Assembly (NCBI RefSeq): GCF_006345805.1
Contig: NC_043005.1
Location: 46,562,001-46,626,000 of the forward strand
Source of the DNA: Octopus sinensis
Taxonomy: Eukaryota
Reading direction: 5' to 3'
DNA length: 64,000 nt
In this document: piece after piece, positions 41,478 through 56,778 of the stretch
How the letters are laid out: every line of letters starts with the position of its first letter
How positions within the stretch are numbered: position 1 is the stretch's first letter
Program-made: the position numbers and the translations under genes
The notes under the pieces: model-generated
Told to the model about the DNA's origin: nothing
Seen by the model: only the letters and a program-made list of their open reading frames with translations
Database searches by the model: none

Positions 41478-41764
41478 TTCACACACACTCATACACACAC
41501 ATATAGGAATAAAGCGATGGTGCACAGTATAGTGTACTGGAAATAATGATGTTAGTCCGAAGAAATGAAGGAAGTCTTCCTACAATATTTAAAATTCCAC
41601 TCATGCCACCTACACACATCGAACGAAGTACCCCATACTGAATGTCAAGACGAATACGTAAAGTAGGGATCAATCCAGGACTACGACAAATACGTCTGAA
41701 TGAACTGAATCTTTCAAAAGCAAACCATCCGTGAAAACTCATAATCGCAGTAACGATTCTACCA

Positions 41765-42213
41765 ACTCGCTGCGTTAATTTCCAAGGCCAGCAATTTCAA
41801 GGAAGGGGCTATGTCGATTTAATCGACACCCATTGCTCAACTGGTACTTATATTATTGACCCCGAAATGATGAAAGGCAAAGTCGAATTCGGCGGAAATT
41901 GAACTCAGAACGTAAACACAGACGAGATGCCTCTAAACATTTCGCCCGGCGTGCTGACGATTCTGCCAACTCGCGACCTTGAAATACTGCAAAAATAGTG
42001 GTTTCAGATTTTGGTGCAAGGCTAGCAATTATGGTGGAGAGTGCAAATCGATTACATCGACCTAAAAATTCAACTGGTACTTATTTTTTTTATTCTGAAA
42101 GGATGAAAGGCAAAGTCGACCTCGGAGGAATTTGAAATCTGAACATAAAGACATATGAAACGCCATTAAGCTTTTTGCTCGTCGTGCTAACAATTCTGCT
42201 AGCTCACCGCCTT
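41765..42213 (-). mobile_element. Two adjacent SINE family B copies
   Basis: GATGAAAGGCAAAGTCGA occurs twice; heads end at ~41980 and ~42213. Confidence 0.85.
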
Positions 42214-43099
42214 AAATTGCATTCTTATATTGCTTTATGAATTCTAATATCTCTGCAGTTGTCGATAGCTTGCGTTTGTATAAACTGCAACTTTTCATTG
42301 AATAGCCTCTTACTAACTAGTAGTATGCTGTTAACATTGATAGATTACATTCATTCACCGATAAATTTTGTGAGTATGCGTATATTGTACTTAATGTTAA
42401 TCCATCAGCTTCTGATGCAGTGTTGCAATTCCTTTACGCAAAGCATTAGACATGTATGATTACGAGATTTCTCTTCAACTATTGATGGTTGTCTGTGCGA
42501 TACAAGATTTCAAAGTCTGGAGTCTCATACTTATATTCAGTTGATTATGTACACTTGTGAATATATATATTGTTTCCAGATTATTGAGATGTTTATTACT
42601 GTTCTTATTATATATCCTTCGTCTGGGAAGCTTTCGTCACACATCCTGTTAGCTCTTCAGCGACTCTCTCTCTCTCTTGATGACATATCTCCTGTTCTAT
42701 TTAGAATGGAGTAAATAGAACAAGGGGAGACACGTAGGATGGAGTGTCGCTGAAGAGGTCACAGGATTTCTGACGAAAGATTTCTAGACAAAGGACATAA
42801 AATAAGAATAATAATAAATCTGAAGTGGAGGACAAATATATAATGCGTGTGTTTATTAGGCAAGAAGAAAAAATGGCCATCCCGAAACATAACAACATAT
42901 ATATATAAGAGAGGAAACACAACAACGCGAGGACGTGGAACAAGTATAGTGTTATCGGACGCTCAGGAAAGATCTAAGGAAGGGAAAACGGAGAGCAAAA
43001 AATCACCAACGATACACACGCGGTCACATATTGAATGACCGGAAGGGAATGGGTGAAGAAAAAGTTCTTTCAAAGACAGGAGAGTGCAAGAGAAGGAGG

Positions 43100-43165
<66 letters not shown>

Positions 43166-43769
43166 AGAACAAGAATGAATCCGGTAATATATATATATGG
43201 GAGGGGGTCAGTTGGTTATAAGTTCGAAAAAACACACTCCAATAATTATTTTTGAGCAGTATCATTTAATGTAGTCTTTGGTTAAGGCCACTCAGAAAGT
43301 TAACATTCGTTTTACGTCTATTATCGCTGATAGCAATATAGCCGAGTCATCAGAAATGCTGGTCTGAAGCATGTAGCTTCCTTTCTAATGGAGGGGAGAA
43401 TAATTGACATAACGTAAGGGATTCATTCAGTTGTACGTTTTCTGTTAAAAAGATTTTAGTGAACGCTCCTAAACATCTCACAAAGGCATGATGCTCACGT
43501 AGGATTAACAGCAAATGCGCAGTAGGCGGTCGATGCCTCTACGAGGCAGAGGGTGTCCGCCAGTAGCAGTAGAAACGGATGCAATAGCAGCAGCAGCAAC
43601 AACGACAACAACAACAACCTCAGCATCAATAGTGTAAGGATCTATGCATAGAAATATTCTGGAGCAACGACTAAGTAACCACTTGTTCTGTTTAAGGATC
43701 TCAGAGAGGGGCATCGATATATTTTAGGCCAACTATATGTGACGTTTAAAAGAAGAAAGCAACGTCATA

Positions 43770-44140
43770 GGCGCAGGAGTGGCTGTGTGGTAAGTAGCGT
43801 GCTAACCAACCACATGGTTCCGGGTTCAGTCCCACTGCGTGGCATCTTGGGCAAATGTCTTCTGCTATAGCCCCGGGCTGACCAATGCCTTGTGAGTGGA
43901 TTTGGTAGACGGAAACTGAAAGAAGCCTGTCGTATATACATATATATGTATGTGTGTGTTTGTGTGTCTGTGCTTGTCCCCCTAGCATTGCTTGACAACC
44001 GATGCTGGTGTGTTTACGTCCCCGTCACTTAGCGGTTCGGCAAAAAATAAGTCCCGGGGTCGATTTGCTCGACTAAAAGCGGTGCTCCAGCATGGCCGCA
44101 GTCAAATGACTGAAACAAGTAAAAGAGTAAAAAAGAGAGA
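43770..44140 (+). mobile_element. SINE family A with an internal deletion
   Basis: Family A consensus lacking the GAGACCGATAGAATAAGTACTAGGCTTAC segment. Confidence 0.9.
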
Positions 44141-44635
44141 GAGTCATACAGGATTAAATGAAAGCATCTGGAATAACCTGAACCATATGTCAACGGGAGC
44201 TGACAATGCAAATTTTATTTGACCGGGAAGGCAAGAATCCAAAAAGTTTATTGAACCGGGGGCCTTCTTGAATTCCAAAAGTCGGGATTCTCATGGGAGA
44301 AAATTCATGTTAGAGACACGGAATATTTCGCTTGCTGATTATTGAACGGAAATCGTAAATAAATTGACCCTTTACAGAAAAGACTGAAATCGGTGAATTA
44401 GAGATAACTACATCTCGCTCAGAAGGGGATTTTGCTTCGAAAACTTTCGTTTCAGGGAGTTTTGTCTCACAACTTTGCTAACCAAGACATCCATTAGTAA
44501 AGCCGTTATGCGCTTCCGACCAGTAAGTCCTTTGAGTTGCCTATATTGTCAAGAATAATAATAGACATGAAGCAAATGATAACTTTCTGACCAGTCATAA
44601 CCAAAGACTATATAATATACAAACACATGCGCACG

Positions 44636-44742
<107 letters not shown>

Positions 44743-44973
44743 ACAAGACGGATTAAGATAGCGAAAACCACATGTTTAATTGTCGAATTTACTCTACAAA
44801 GCCGACGAGCGTTTCTGTTGTATCAACATATTTAGATACAGAAAACATCATTCAAATTAATATATAAGAAAACACGTCAACAACGTTTTGAAGGTAATCC
44901 AAAATTACTTAAATTCAAAGTGAACTAAAAAAAAAATGTCTCCCGTACACGAACGCATACAGAAAGAACGTGT

Positions 44974-45018
<45 letters not shown>

Positions 45019-45939
45019 TGTGTGTGCGTGTGTGTGTATGTGTGGTGTGTGTGTGTGTGTATGTGTGTGTGTGTGCGTGTGTGTGTATGTGTGTGTGTGT
45101 GTGTGTAAGTATGTGTTCCTTTGCGCCCTTGAATGTGTTTGTCTGAGTGTGTGTTTATGAATTTATGTGCGTATGTACGTAAATAAATGTTTATACGCCC
45201 AACAGCTTTTCTTTTAGTCAAGTTATATTGGAAATACCACTGGTGTAACATGAAATAATATAGGCATAGGCGTGGTTGTGTGGTAAGAAGTTTGTTTCTC
45301 AACCATATGACTGCGCGTTCAGTCTCACTACATGCAAAATACATACAATCAATAGTTCATAGACTGAATCAGAGTTTCTTGCGAAAACCAAGTTGTAATT
45401 ACCACTACATTCGTCCATTCATCGGAGTCGTCGTGTATCACTCAATGAGCGCAAGGCTGCTAGCGGATGTTAATAGGTATGGTGCTTCTGTTTACAAGAA
45501 ACACCTTACACAATTTACCCACATGGATATACAAAAGTATGTAATTTACTGAACAAGATTCCACGTGAATATATATATATATTTATGTGTGTGTATATTT
45601 ATCTATCTATACATACATACATATACATACTCATATATACAAGCGGAGGAATTTCAACTGTGTTTCGTGGTCTGCTATCACAACAGTTCCTTTATAGGAT
45701 CCAATTAGACACCATCAGGAGGAACCACGTCTGGTTTCGGCCCCTACTCCGCTACCGTTTTGACGTGGCACCCCCATCCTTTCGGAGGTGTCTTCAACTT
45801 TGGTGTTGGGTGCATGTCTTCTTTCTTCTTCTTTCTTCTGTTCCCTGGCCTCTTCGATGTAGCGTCAACGAGTGTCAAACACATACTCATATATATATAT
45901 ATAAACTTAGATATGTTTCGACCAATGATTGGTCCATGC

Positions 45940-46280
45940 CATGTCTAACTTAATAGCACCACCTGATAGGATTATTTGAATCCTGTTTAAGTCAAGTTCT
46001 GTTTATGGTCCATTCAAGTAGTGAGTTTTTGTTGGGTGAGTTGTATCCAATTATGGGTGGCTTATCTGGTATTCCTTGAAGGAATCTATCCAGACTCCGT
46101 TTAAAGTTGATGGGATCCTGTTCCTCTTTGATCTCTTTCGGGACAATGTTAAATAGGACAGGGCCTGTTGAGGAAAAGAAATTATGTTGTAGTGTACATG
46201 TATGCTGTGATCTTGAATTGGGCAGGGGACGTATGGCCCGTGGTCCCAGTCTTGGATGAACCTTGAAGCTAATGTTCATG

Positions 46281-46284
<4 letters not shown>
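45940..46284 (-). mobile_element. CR1/L2-type LINE ORF2 C-terminal fragment, 5'-truncated
   Basis: NFFSSTGPVLFNIVPKEIKEEQDPINFKRSLDRFLQGIPDKP...YNSPNKNSL fits the typical C-terminus of CR1/L2-group ORF2 (PxLFNxLP...FKxxLDxFL); clade assignment from memory. Confidence 0.75.
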
Positions 46285-46314
<30 letters not shown>

Positions 46315-46355
46315 CATGAACATTATATATATATATATATATATATATGAACATG

Positions 46356-46395
<40 letters not shown>

Positions 46396-46479
46396 GGTGT
46401 GTGTGTATGGATACACAGACGTATATCCGCACATATTACTAAGCTTAAAATACAATTCCACATATACATATTTATATAC

Positions 46480-47229
46480 ATATACGCATGTGTATGTATG
46501 AATACATATGTATGCATACATACATTCTTACATAAACGCACCAGCCCTTCATAAAACATTTCTATATTTCTTTCCGTGTTTCAATTCAATATTGTGTCAC
46601 TTCTTAAAAATCTTGCTAGCGGTTTTTCTAGGTATATCTGGATGTCGCCATTATATACACAAATAACATTCACACACATATACACATACGCACAAACACA
46701 CTCACATGCACTAACAGAAATACATATTATATACCTGTATTCGCGAACTATTTTTTCTGGTACATATACCCATAAAAACAGATGCCGTAGAAATGTATAC
46801 ATATTTTAATGTACCTATAAGTATATAGTACACTCTGTCTGTGTGCGTGTTTGTTTGTGTATGTCCATGTCCGTGTGTGTATATATGCATGTATGCTTGT
46901 GTGTATGTGTGTGTATGTGTGCGCACATGATGGATATGTATGGGCATTACCTCTTTCCACTGTAAGAACCTAAACCTAATACTGTTATAATACAATATAA
47001 AAATGTGAGTCTACATACTATCCTTTATGAGCAATGGAAGCTTAAGTTTGTAAAAACTGCATCCTTATCGTTGAGAATAACAGTTTTTTTTTTAAGGACA
47101 AACACTAGTAATACAATAATTGGAGACAGCCACTCGGTATTATTTGATTAAAACTAACTAAATATATAGTACGGAACAGAAATACTTTAGTTGCTTCATG
47201 AAGAACAAGACGCATGCTGGTGACCGATA

Positions 47230-47261
<32 letters not shown>

Positions 47262-47815
47262 CAAAAATAAGGAACAAGAATGAATCCGGTAATTTAGATA
47301 TATAATCGCTAAAAAGCTGCGTGTTATGAGAACTAGCTACTATTCTCTATCAAAGCCCATCCCCACCAGTATTTCAATCATGTAATACAACCGCCACCGC
47401 CATTGTCACTACATCTATTACTATCTGCGTTGTCTATCCACCTTCGTTCAATTTTCACCTCACCTCACATCACATCAACTCACCACTCGATACTATTACA
47501 CAGAGAAGCGAAGACATGTCCGTGACTGTCCACTGGACATCACACTCTGTTATGGATGAGTCACAGGGACAGTGTAGCGGCTATTAAGTTATTCAACGAC
47601 AATAAACGTATGGCACGTTATTATGATATCTAAACCAATAAGATGGCGACATCCAGATATACCTAGAAAAACCGCTGGCAAGATTTTTAAGAAGTGACAC
47701 AATATTGAATTGAAACACGGAAAGAAGTATAGAAATGTTTTTAAGAGGAGCTGGTGCGTTTATGTAAGAATGTATGTATGCATACATATATATTCATACA
47801 TGCACATGCATATGT
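46480..47815. repeat. Inverted repeat, ~170-bp arms (46480-46651 / 47643-47815) with a ~990-bp spacer
   Basis: ATGGCGACATCCAGATATACCTAGAAAAACCGC...GAAACACGGAAAGAA on both strands; ORF-track peptides 46576(+) and 47593(-) share [24 protein letters not shown]. Confidence 0.9.
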
Positions 47816-47968
47816 GTGTATTTATATATATATACACATATATACATATATACATGCATACATATATACATACATACACGTATACATGCTCAAACATATA
47901 TGTATATTTATGTATGTGTAACATGTGTATATGCATATATATATATAATATATATATGTATATATATA

Positions 47969-48008
<40 letters not shown>

Positions 48009-48100
48009 GATTATATATACGTATACATGTTATATGTCTATCTGTCTTTTTCTTTCTTTCTCTCTGTCTCTGTCTGTCTCTCTCTCTATATATATATGCT

Positions 48101-48155
<55 letters not shown>

Positions 48156-49105
48156 CGTGCGGGAAGGAAGATTAATATACTTGCTTAATGTACATTTGAG
48201 AATAAATCTAATATATTTTTATATATAATCACATATACTTACACACGCGGACACACACGCATATGGACGCATATACATGCATATACACGCAGAGAGGCAC
48301 ACACAAGCACTGACACCCACAATACACACATGGTTATGGTTTGACTTGTGTCCTTTTCATATTTTGCATCTTGGCTTTTCAACAAAGAGATATCCTTAAA
48401 ATATCAGCCAGAAGTTTGAAGCATAACAAATGCGGGCAATAAGTTCGACTAAACTCTTGAAAGCTTGTACTACAGCGTGACAACAGCCTAATGACAAAAA
48501 TCAATAAATGAATGCACTTAGATCAAAATCAAGAAATTGAGAAATATTTTTTTCTCATAGTGGTTGAGACATGTCAATTTTGAAAAATGTTTAATTCAGA
48601 AGGAAGAAAAATCACAAATAAATAAAAAAAAAAAAAAGAAATAAGAAAGGGTCTTGCATCAACACGTGCTCTACCCTGGTGGCTAGCTGTCGGGGGGCGG
48701 AGACTATCCTTTGTAGACTAATTCAAGTTGAGTCAGGTTTGGAAGCTTAAAATTTAAATCAAAGAGTAAAGATGGAGTCACGGGAAATTTCGACGTAAAT
48801 AATTTTACCATGGAAAAATCCGACGTGAATAAAATACAAAAAAAATCCGATGTGAATAAAATACAAAAAAAATACATAACAAATTAGCAAACAAACGAAC
48901 AAGCAAACAAAAAACAACGATTGGCTATTTTCTTAAAATGGCAACTTCATCAGATAACCTAACAATTTAGGAAAATTACTTAAAATGAGTTATCTACCTT
49001 GCAATCTACTTGTGTGCCTCCTTTACGGTAATTTCTTACAGCAAAGTTTTCTTCGGCAAAAATGCTTACAGAGAATATTTCGGACACAGTATAGACGGTA
49101 TATAC

Positions 49106-49335
49106 AGGCGGCGAGCTGGCAGAAACGTTAGCACGCCGGGCGAAATGCGTAGCCGTATTTCGTCTGCCGTTGCGTTCTGGGTTCAAATTCCGCCGAGGTC
49201 GACTTTGCCTTTCATCCTTTCGGGGTCGATAAATTAAGTACCGGTTACGCACTGGGGTCGATGTAATCGACTTAATCCGTTTGTCTGTCCTTGTTTGTCT
49301 CCTCTGTGTTTAGCCCCTTGTGGGTAGTAAAGAAA
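49106..49335 (+). mobile_element. SINE family B, near-consensus monomer
   Basis: AGGCGGCGAGCTGGCAGAAACGTTAG...GGGTTCAAATTCCGCCGAGGTCGACTTTGCCTTTCATCCTTTCGGGGTCGATAAATTAAGTACC. The central part resembles the Meta/MESC SINE domain as I remember it; unverified. Confidence 0.9.
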
Positions 49336-49894
49336 TATATAGACGGTATACAGTATATACACATTCAATATTTATTTTCGTCACACAGCTAGAAGACTCG
49401 ATAAAAATTTATTTGCGACGAAGGGCAGTGTTTGTTGAAAATAGCATTCAGTATATCATATTTAACGCAGATATACTGTAGAGAACCTGGAAATTGCAGT
49501 ATACGTCTCCAGGGAGCATCTCGTAAACGAGTAAAGCGCTGATACGAAAAGAAATATCTCAGTAGGGGACGGCTAACTGCCTGATTATTGTGACCCAAGT
49601 GATTTCCTAATCACTGTTTTCCTGTATTTTGCTAAATTTGTCTTAGCATGAAATAGGTAGTAGACGATTTGCTACTGATGACACTCAAAGAAGGGAAAAT
49701 AGGTATTTCGCAATTTTCGTCTGCTACTGATCCATTTCTGGTTTTTAACACTATGTCCCATCACAAAATGCTTTTTTCAGACGAATACCGCAATTTTCAG
49801 ATATACAGAAGGTCGAATTTCTGCATGCACGTGCGCGCGCGCGCGCGTACATTGTTTCGAATTTTCTCTAGTTTTCACGAACTCAGTATTGAGA

Positions 49895-50570
49895 TACTTG
49901 GAACAAAAGCTGTATAGAGAAAATGAAGAGAAATACAACAAGACCTTTAAAAGACATATATAGGACACATGGAAAAGATACTTCAATAATTGTTTCCTAA
50001 TTTGGACCAAAACCCTAGAAAATCTGGAAGAAGTCAGCACCCTCCTCAATAATCTACGCCCTAGTCTTAAATTCACAAGAGAAGTGAGCAACACATAATT
50101 ACCATTTCTTGATATAATGGTAATTAAAAACAACACCGAAATCACAAGTGATAATTACTACAAAAGCACAGACACACACCAGTACCTAAATTTCAAATCA
50201 TTCTACCCAATACACACAGGACCCAACATTTCGTACTGTCTAACCAGGAAAATTTGTATTATAGTCGGTGATCAAAATACCAGAAACACACGACTTATAG
50301 AACTCAAAGAATTTCTGCTCAAGCAAAATTACCATCTCCTAGCATACAACGAGCAAATGAGATGCCCATAGAACAGCTTAGAGCAACACGAAAAAGACGA
50401 ACCCATCAAAGGAACACAATATAATTTGTAGTAACACACAATTCGCATCGCCAAAACATTTTTAGCTTCAGCAAAACAAATTTGCCAATCATAAGACAAA
50501 GTGAAAAATTAAAAACATGATAACTAATCAGGCACTTATCTTAAGCAAAAAGCATTTTCATTGTATTTAC
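49895..50570 (+). mobile_element. Penelope-like RT C-terminal/thumb fragment, decayed
   Basis: WKRYFNNCFLIW (cf. RYIDDCF), LNNLRPSLKFT, LPFLDI, YKSTDTHQYL and RNTRLIELKEFLLKQNY. Confidence 0.8.
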
Positions 50571-50591
50571 ATAACAAAAAATAACATGAAT

Positions 50592-50975
50592 ATATTTTTT
50601 TTATTATTTTACTTGTTTCAGTCATTTGATTGCGGCCAGACTGGAGCACCGCCTTTAGTCGAACAAATCAACCCCCAGGACTTATTCTCTGTAAGCCTAG
50701 TACTTCTTCTCTCGTTCTTTTTTGTTGAACCACTAAGTTACGGGAACGTAAACACACAAACATCGGTTGTCAAGCGATGGTTAGATGACAAACACACACA
50801 CACACATATGTGGTGTGTGTGTGTGTGACGGGCTTCTTTTAGTTTCTGTCTACCAAATCCAGTCAGAAGGTGTTGGTCGGTCCGAGGCTATAGTAGAAGA
50901 CACTTGTCCAAGGTGCCACGCAGTGGAACTGAACTCGGAACCATGTGGTCAGGAAGCAAGCTTCTTACCATACAG
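50592..50975 (-). mobile_element. SINE family A
   Basis: Reverse complement of the family A consensus. Confidence 0.85.
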
Positions 50976-51203
50976 CCTGTCTATATAAATGAGTAACAAA
51001 GATGTACATATGTCAATTTATTACGTCAGATGACTGCAGTCATCTGACGAAATCAGCTTCTTTGCAATGATGTAATGTTATCATTAATCAATTAAAGGAG
51101 TCGCTCGAATCGACTGTAATAAATGGACACATCTAATCATTGTTACTCATTTACATTTTATTCACCTACTCTGGAATCTGCACTTCGAAAATATTAGTGA
51201 AAA

Positions 51204-51715
51204 TCTATATATATAAAACTGTAGTTGTGTGAGAGTCTATCCCCTTCGATTTAGATTCCTAACTACTCCCACATTTTGCGGTGCAGTTTAACCAAATTCG
51301 GGTATCTTATAGTCGTGATTCATATCAAGCCCGTCTGCGTATTAGCGCGCGTCTACGATGAGTCTACGATTTTAAAAATAATTTAACATAATTTTTTATT
51401 TCATTTTAATGCATAATTTTTCGTGTGTCGATGGCGGCGGAGTTGGCGTCCATGGTTACACCTGCACCTGTTTGCTTCTCCCCCTTCTTCCCTCCCTCGT
51501 GAAGCTGTGGGGAAGGAGTGTAAGGAAATCAACGTCGTAAAGCGTTGTCAAGGAAACCAGCGTTCTTTTAGAACAACGACTTCATGGCTTGAAGACACCA
51601 AAACAGAAATGGCTAAGAAAGCCCGAATTGGCATCTATAAGGGAAGTAACTCTCTAAAAATGCTTATATAGTTATTTCCCTTACAAACCAGAGCAACGCC
51701 GGGCGATACTGCTAG
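51204..51715 (+). mobile_element. Non-autonomous Helitron, 512 bp
   Basis: 5' A|TCTATATATATAAAA; 3' GAGCAACGCCGGGCGATACTGCTAG|T; A/T insertion site without TSD; small GC hairpin just before CTAG. Confidence 0.75.
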
Positions 51716-51926
51716 TATATTATATAATGTACATGTCTGAATAACAGCGAGCGGATCTGTTCACAAGGTTATCTGCATACACTGCAAGAATATCAAGTGC
51801 AAACACTTCTGCACAGAGTTTGATATTTACCGGATATTATTTGGGTGTGAAAACTGGATTGACCTAACAAGGTGACTCAATTTAAGCACATAATTCAATT
51901 GAATCTTAATTATATTTTAATTCGTC

Positions 51927-52100
51927 AAGGAGTGGCTGTGTGGTAAGTAGCTTGTTTACCAACCACATGGTTCCGGGTTCAGTCCCACTGCGTGGCATCT
52001 TGGACAAGTGTCTTCTACTACAGCCTCGAGCCGACCAAAGCCTTGTGAGTGGATTTGGTAGACGGAAACTGAAAGAAGCCCTTCGTATATATGTATATAT

Positions 52101-52154
<54 letters not shown>

Positions 52155-52232
52155 TGTATGTGTTTGTGTATCTGTGTTTGTCCCCCTAGCATTGCTTGAC
52201 AACCGATGCTGGTGTGTTTATGTCCCCGTTAA
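51927..52232 (+). mobile_element. SINE family A, 3'-truncated
   Basis: Family A consensus up to TGTCCCCGT. Confidence 0.9.
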
Positions 52233-53009
52233 TTGAGAAGGCAGCATATAGAAAACACAGACAGTAAACAACCGAAAACGACATACGGAGAATGGAAAAC
52301 AAAAAAAAAAACAGAAACTACAATGTAAAAAATAAAAAGTAAAAAGGTAAAAAGAAGATATCCTCCGTAGACTTAGGCTGGAAAGATATCAAGCCAGTGG
52401 GAAATAGGCGGAATTTTACAATTCCCCAAAAAATATTTATACATTTGCACTGAAAATACTGAAATTACTGATCGGCAGAGTTAGGGAAAGTGATTGAGAA
52501 ATCTATATATCTTACGTGAATGGATCGAATAAATGTAGATTTTGTTTGGCTGAAAGAGCGCAGATCCTGTTCAGATCGAAGATCCTGTTTTCATTATCCG
52601 TTGTTTACTGTCTGCGTTTTCTATATTCTATATTCTCAGTTTTTTAGCGTTTCTTCTATTATTCAATTTCTTTATTCCGTTATGGTATGTGGTTTGCGCC
52701 TGATTTTTCTCAACACGTGAAACTATTAGTAGCGCTTCAATACATGTATTGTGATCGTTAAATAAATAATATTCATTTCTCACCAGATAGAGTGCTACTT
52801 TTGTTGAATTCTCTATCACGGATCAGTGCATTATATACCTTCTAACGTTGGCTTTTCACTGCAAATCCATAACTGCCATATGATTGGCATGATTGCTTTG
52901 TTAAGTTGAGTGGCTTTAAAGATTCAACCAAGTTGCAGACTATTATGGATTTATACAACATGGACTACTCTTCAAAAAATATACCTGCACTACAAAATAA
53001 ACTATATCT

Positions 53010-53832
53010 GAGGAAAGGCCAATTCGTGTCTGCAAAGACAGGGAAACCGACTCATCAGTTCAAAACGGTTACTTAACAAAGTGAAAAACCCTCCTGAACA
53101 AAGCATGATTTGGTTTTTCTCTGAAGAAAAATGCTTTGACCAGGATCAAAAGTCTAACAGAAGAAATGACAGGTGGTTATGTGCAGATCCTTTTGAAGTA
53201 TCCAGAGTGATGCACACGAAATTCCAGCAACTGTGATGGTTTTAGGAGTGGTGAGTAGCAAACGTCATGTGATGCCTTACCAGTTCTTTTTTTTTCCACA
53301 GGGTCTTAGAATTATGCTGCTGGATACTTTGAGGTACTGGAAACTGTTATCAAGTCGTGAATTGATGAAGTATGCAATGGATGGCCATACATGTTTCAAC
53401 AAGACTCAGCCCTTTCTCAAAAAGCCCTAGTTGCCCAAGAATGGCTGTCAGACAATCTTTATGATTATGTAACACTCAATATGTGGCCTCCAAACTCACC
53501 AGATTTGAACCCCATGGACCTCTACGTGTGGAGCGCTGTTGAAAGGGAGACTCATCGTAGTCTTCATAATACCATAGCTTCACTGAAGGCCGCCATTGTC
53601 CAGGTGATGTCCAAAATGAATAAGGACCATATAAAGTCAGCATGACTGCGGTTTCGGTCCCGCATTGAAGCAGTCATCGAAGACGAAGGTGGTTTCATAG
53701 AATAATTTGCTTAAAAAATCATTATCAAGACTAATTGCACAAACTTTTATTCAAATACATATTTATGTATGCTGAAACATAGTTGTTTTATTGCATACCA
53801 AAACTGTCCTCAAGTACACCCTGCGTACCCAG
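53010..53832 (+). mobile_element. maT-like (DD37D-type) transposase remnant with right end
   Basis: WFFSEEKCFDQD, RNDRWL, MFQQDSA, WPPNSPDLNPMDLYVWSAVE and IEAVIEDEGGFIE*; TIR-like ...CACCCTG near 53817-53832. Confidence 0.8.
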
Positions 53833-53839
53833 TATATAC

Positions 53840-53986
53840 AAATACATAGATACATACTTGTGCATATATATATAAATGCATATATATACACATAAATATA
53901 TACATATCTATCTATATATATGCATATATATATATATATGTATGCATATATATCTATATGCATATATATATATATATATATATATA

Positions 53987-54027
<41 letters not shown>

Positions 54028-54190
54028 TGACGGATATATATAAATGTACACATACATCATCTTATATATACATATGTATTCATCTATATTCATATCTACA
54101 TATATCTATGCCTGTATAAATCTATATATCTAGATCTGTATATATACATACATACATACATAATACATATACATATATATATATAATATA

Positions 54191-54257
<67 letters not shown>

Positions 54258-54260
54258 ATA
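53840..54260. repeat. (TA)/(TATG) microsatellite tract
   Basis: Direct reading. Confidence 0.95.
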
Positions 54261-54919
54261 CATACCTACATATACGTATATATTGAATTCCTTATTTGTC
54301 ATATTCAATAGAAATGCAAGGAAAACGCAAATATATGGGTTCGCTTAATAGTCATATATCCAAATACATATATATATATAATATATATATATGTATGTAT
54401 GTATGTATGTTGTATGTATGTATATACTTACCTATATACACAGCATATACACGCAATACGCATTCATAATATATAATGGACACGAAAGGAAATTCCTGTT
54501 TTGCTTCCAGTAACATTTTTCTATGATTCAGTATGCATATTACAAATACTCTTTGTTCCTTTGTTGTGCACAATATATAATTAACCAGTCATAGATTATT
54601 AATTCTTTCCGAACCATATAGATCATATTTGCAGCTAGTTAAAAAGGGCGAATTGGTATATTTTCTATATCAATATTCGTTCTACATAAAAGTTGAGCTG
54701 TTCATGTGAGTGGCATAACAGCTTTCACCAATATCAACGTTCTTTCCATGAAGCATATTATGTTTTCCTACCCATGTACATTCCGTTTATCAAGTAACTC
54801 CATTCTCTAGCGATACTAGTTTTGATCATAGAAATAATCATAATAAAAAAAAAACCGTAATATATGCATTAATTTGGTGTGTTATATCGGACTTTCTTTT
54901 TATGTTTTATGCATACGTT

Positions 54920-55078
54920 CAGGCATGGGTGGGTGGTAAGAAGTTTGCTTTCCGACAACACCGTTCATGGTTCAGTTACACTACCTGGCACCTTGGGCAA
55001 GTGTCTTCTACTATAACTTCAGACCGACCAGAGCCTTGTGAGTAGATTTGGTAGACGGAACCTGAAAAAAGCCCGTCG
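54920..55078 (+). mobile_element. SINE family A head, followed by (TATC)n(TC)n(TA)n
   Basis: GGCACCTTGGGCAAGTGTCTTCTACTATA...GATTTGGTAGACGGAA. Confidence 0.8.
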
Positions 55079-55079
55079 T

Positions 55080-56775
<1,696 letters not shown>

Positions 56776-56778
56776 ACA

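Noticed and set aside
42700-43100. Possible Penelope pLTR remnant lacking its hammerhead
   Set aside because: Based only on remembered similarity to an octopus repeat; nothing in this window confirms it.
45690-45780. CCACGTC/GACGTGG stem with GAAAC nearby, hammerhead-like
   Set aside because: No CUGANGA-equivalent core in the right position.
48814-48867. 27-bp direct duplication, not a CRISPR array
   Set aside because: Two adjacent units with no spacers in eukaryotic DNA; simple slippage.
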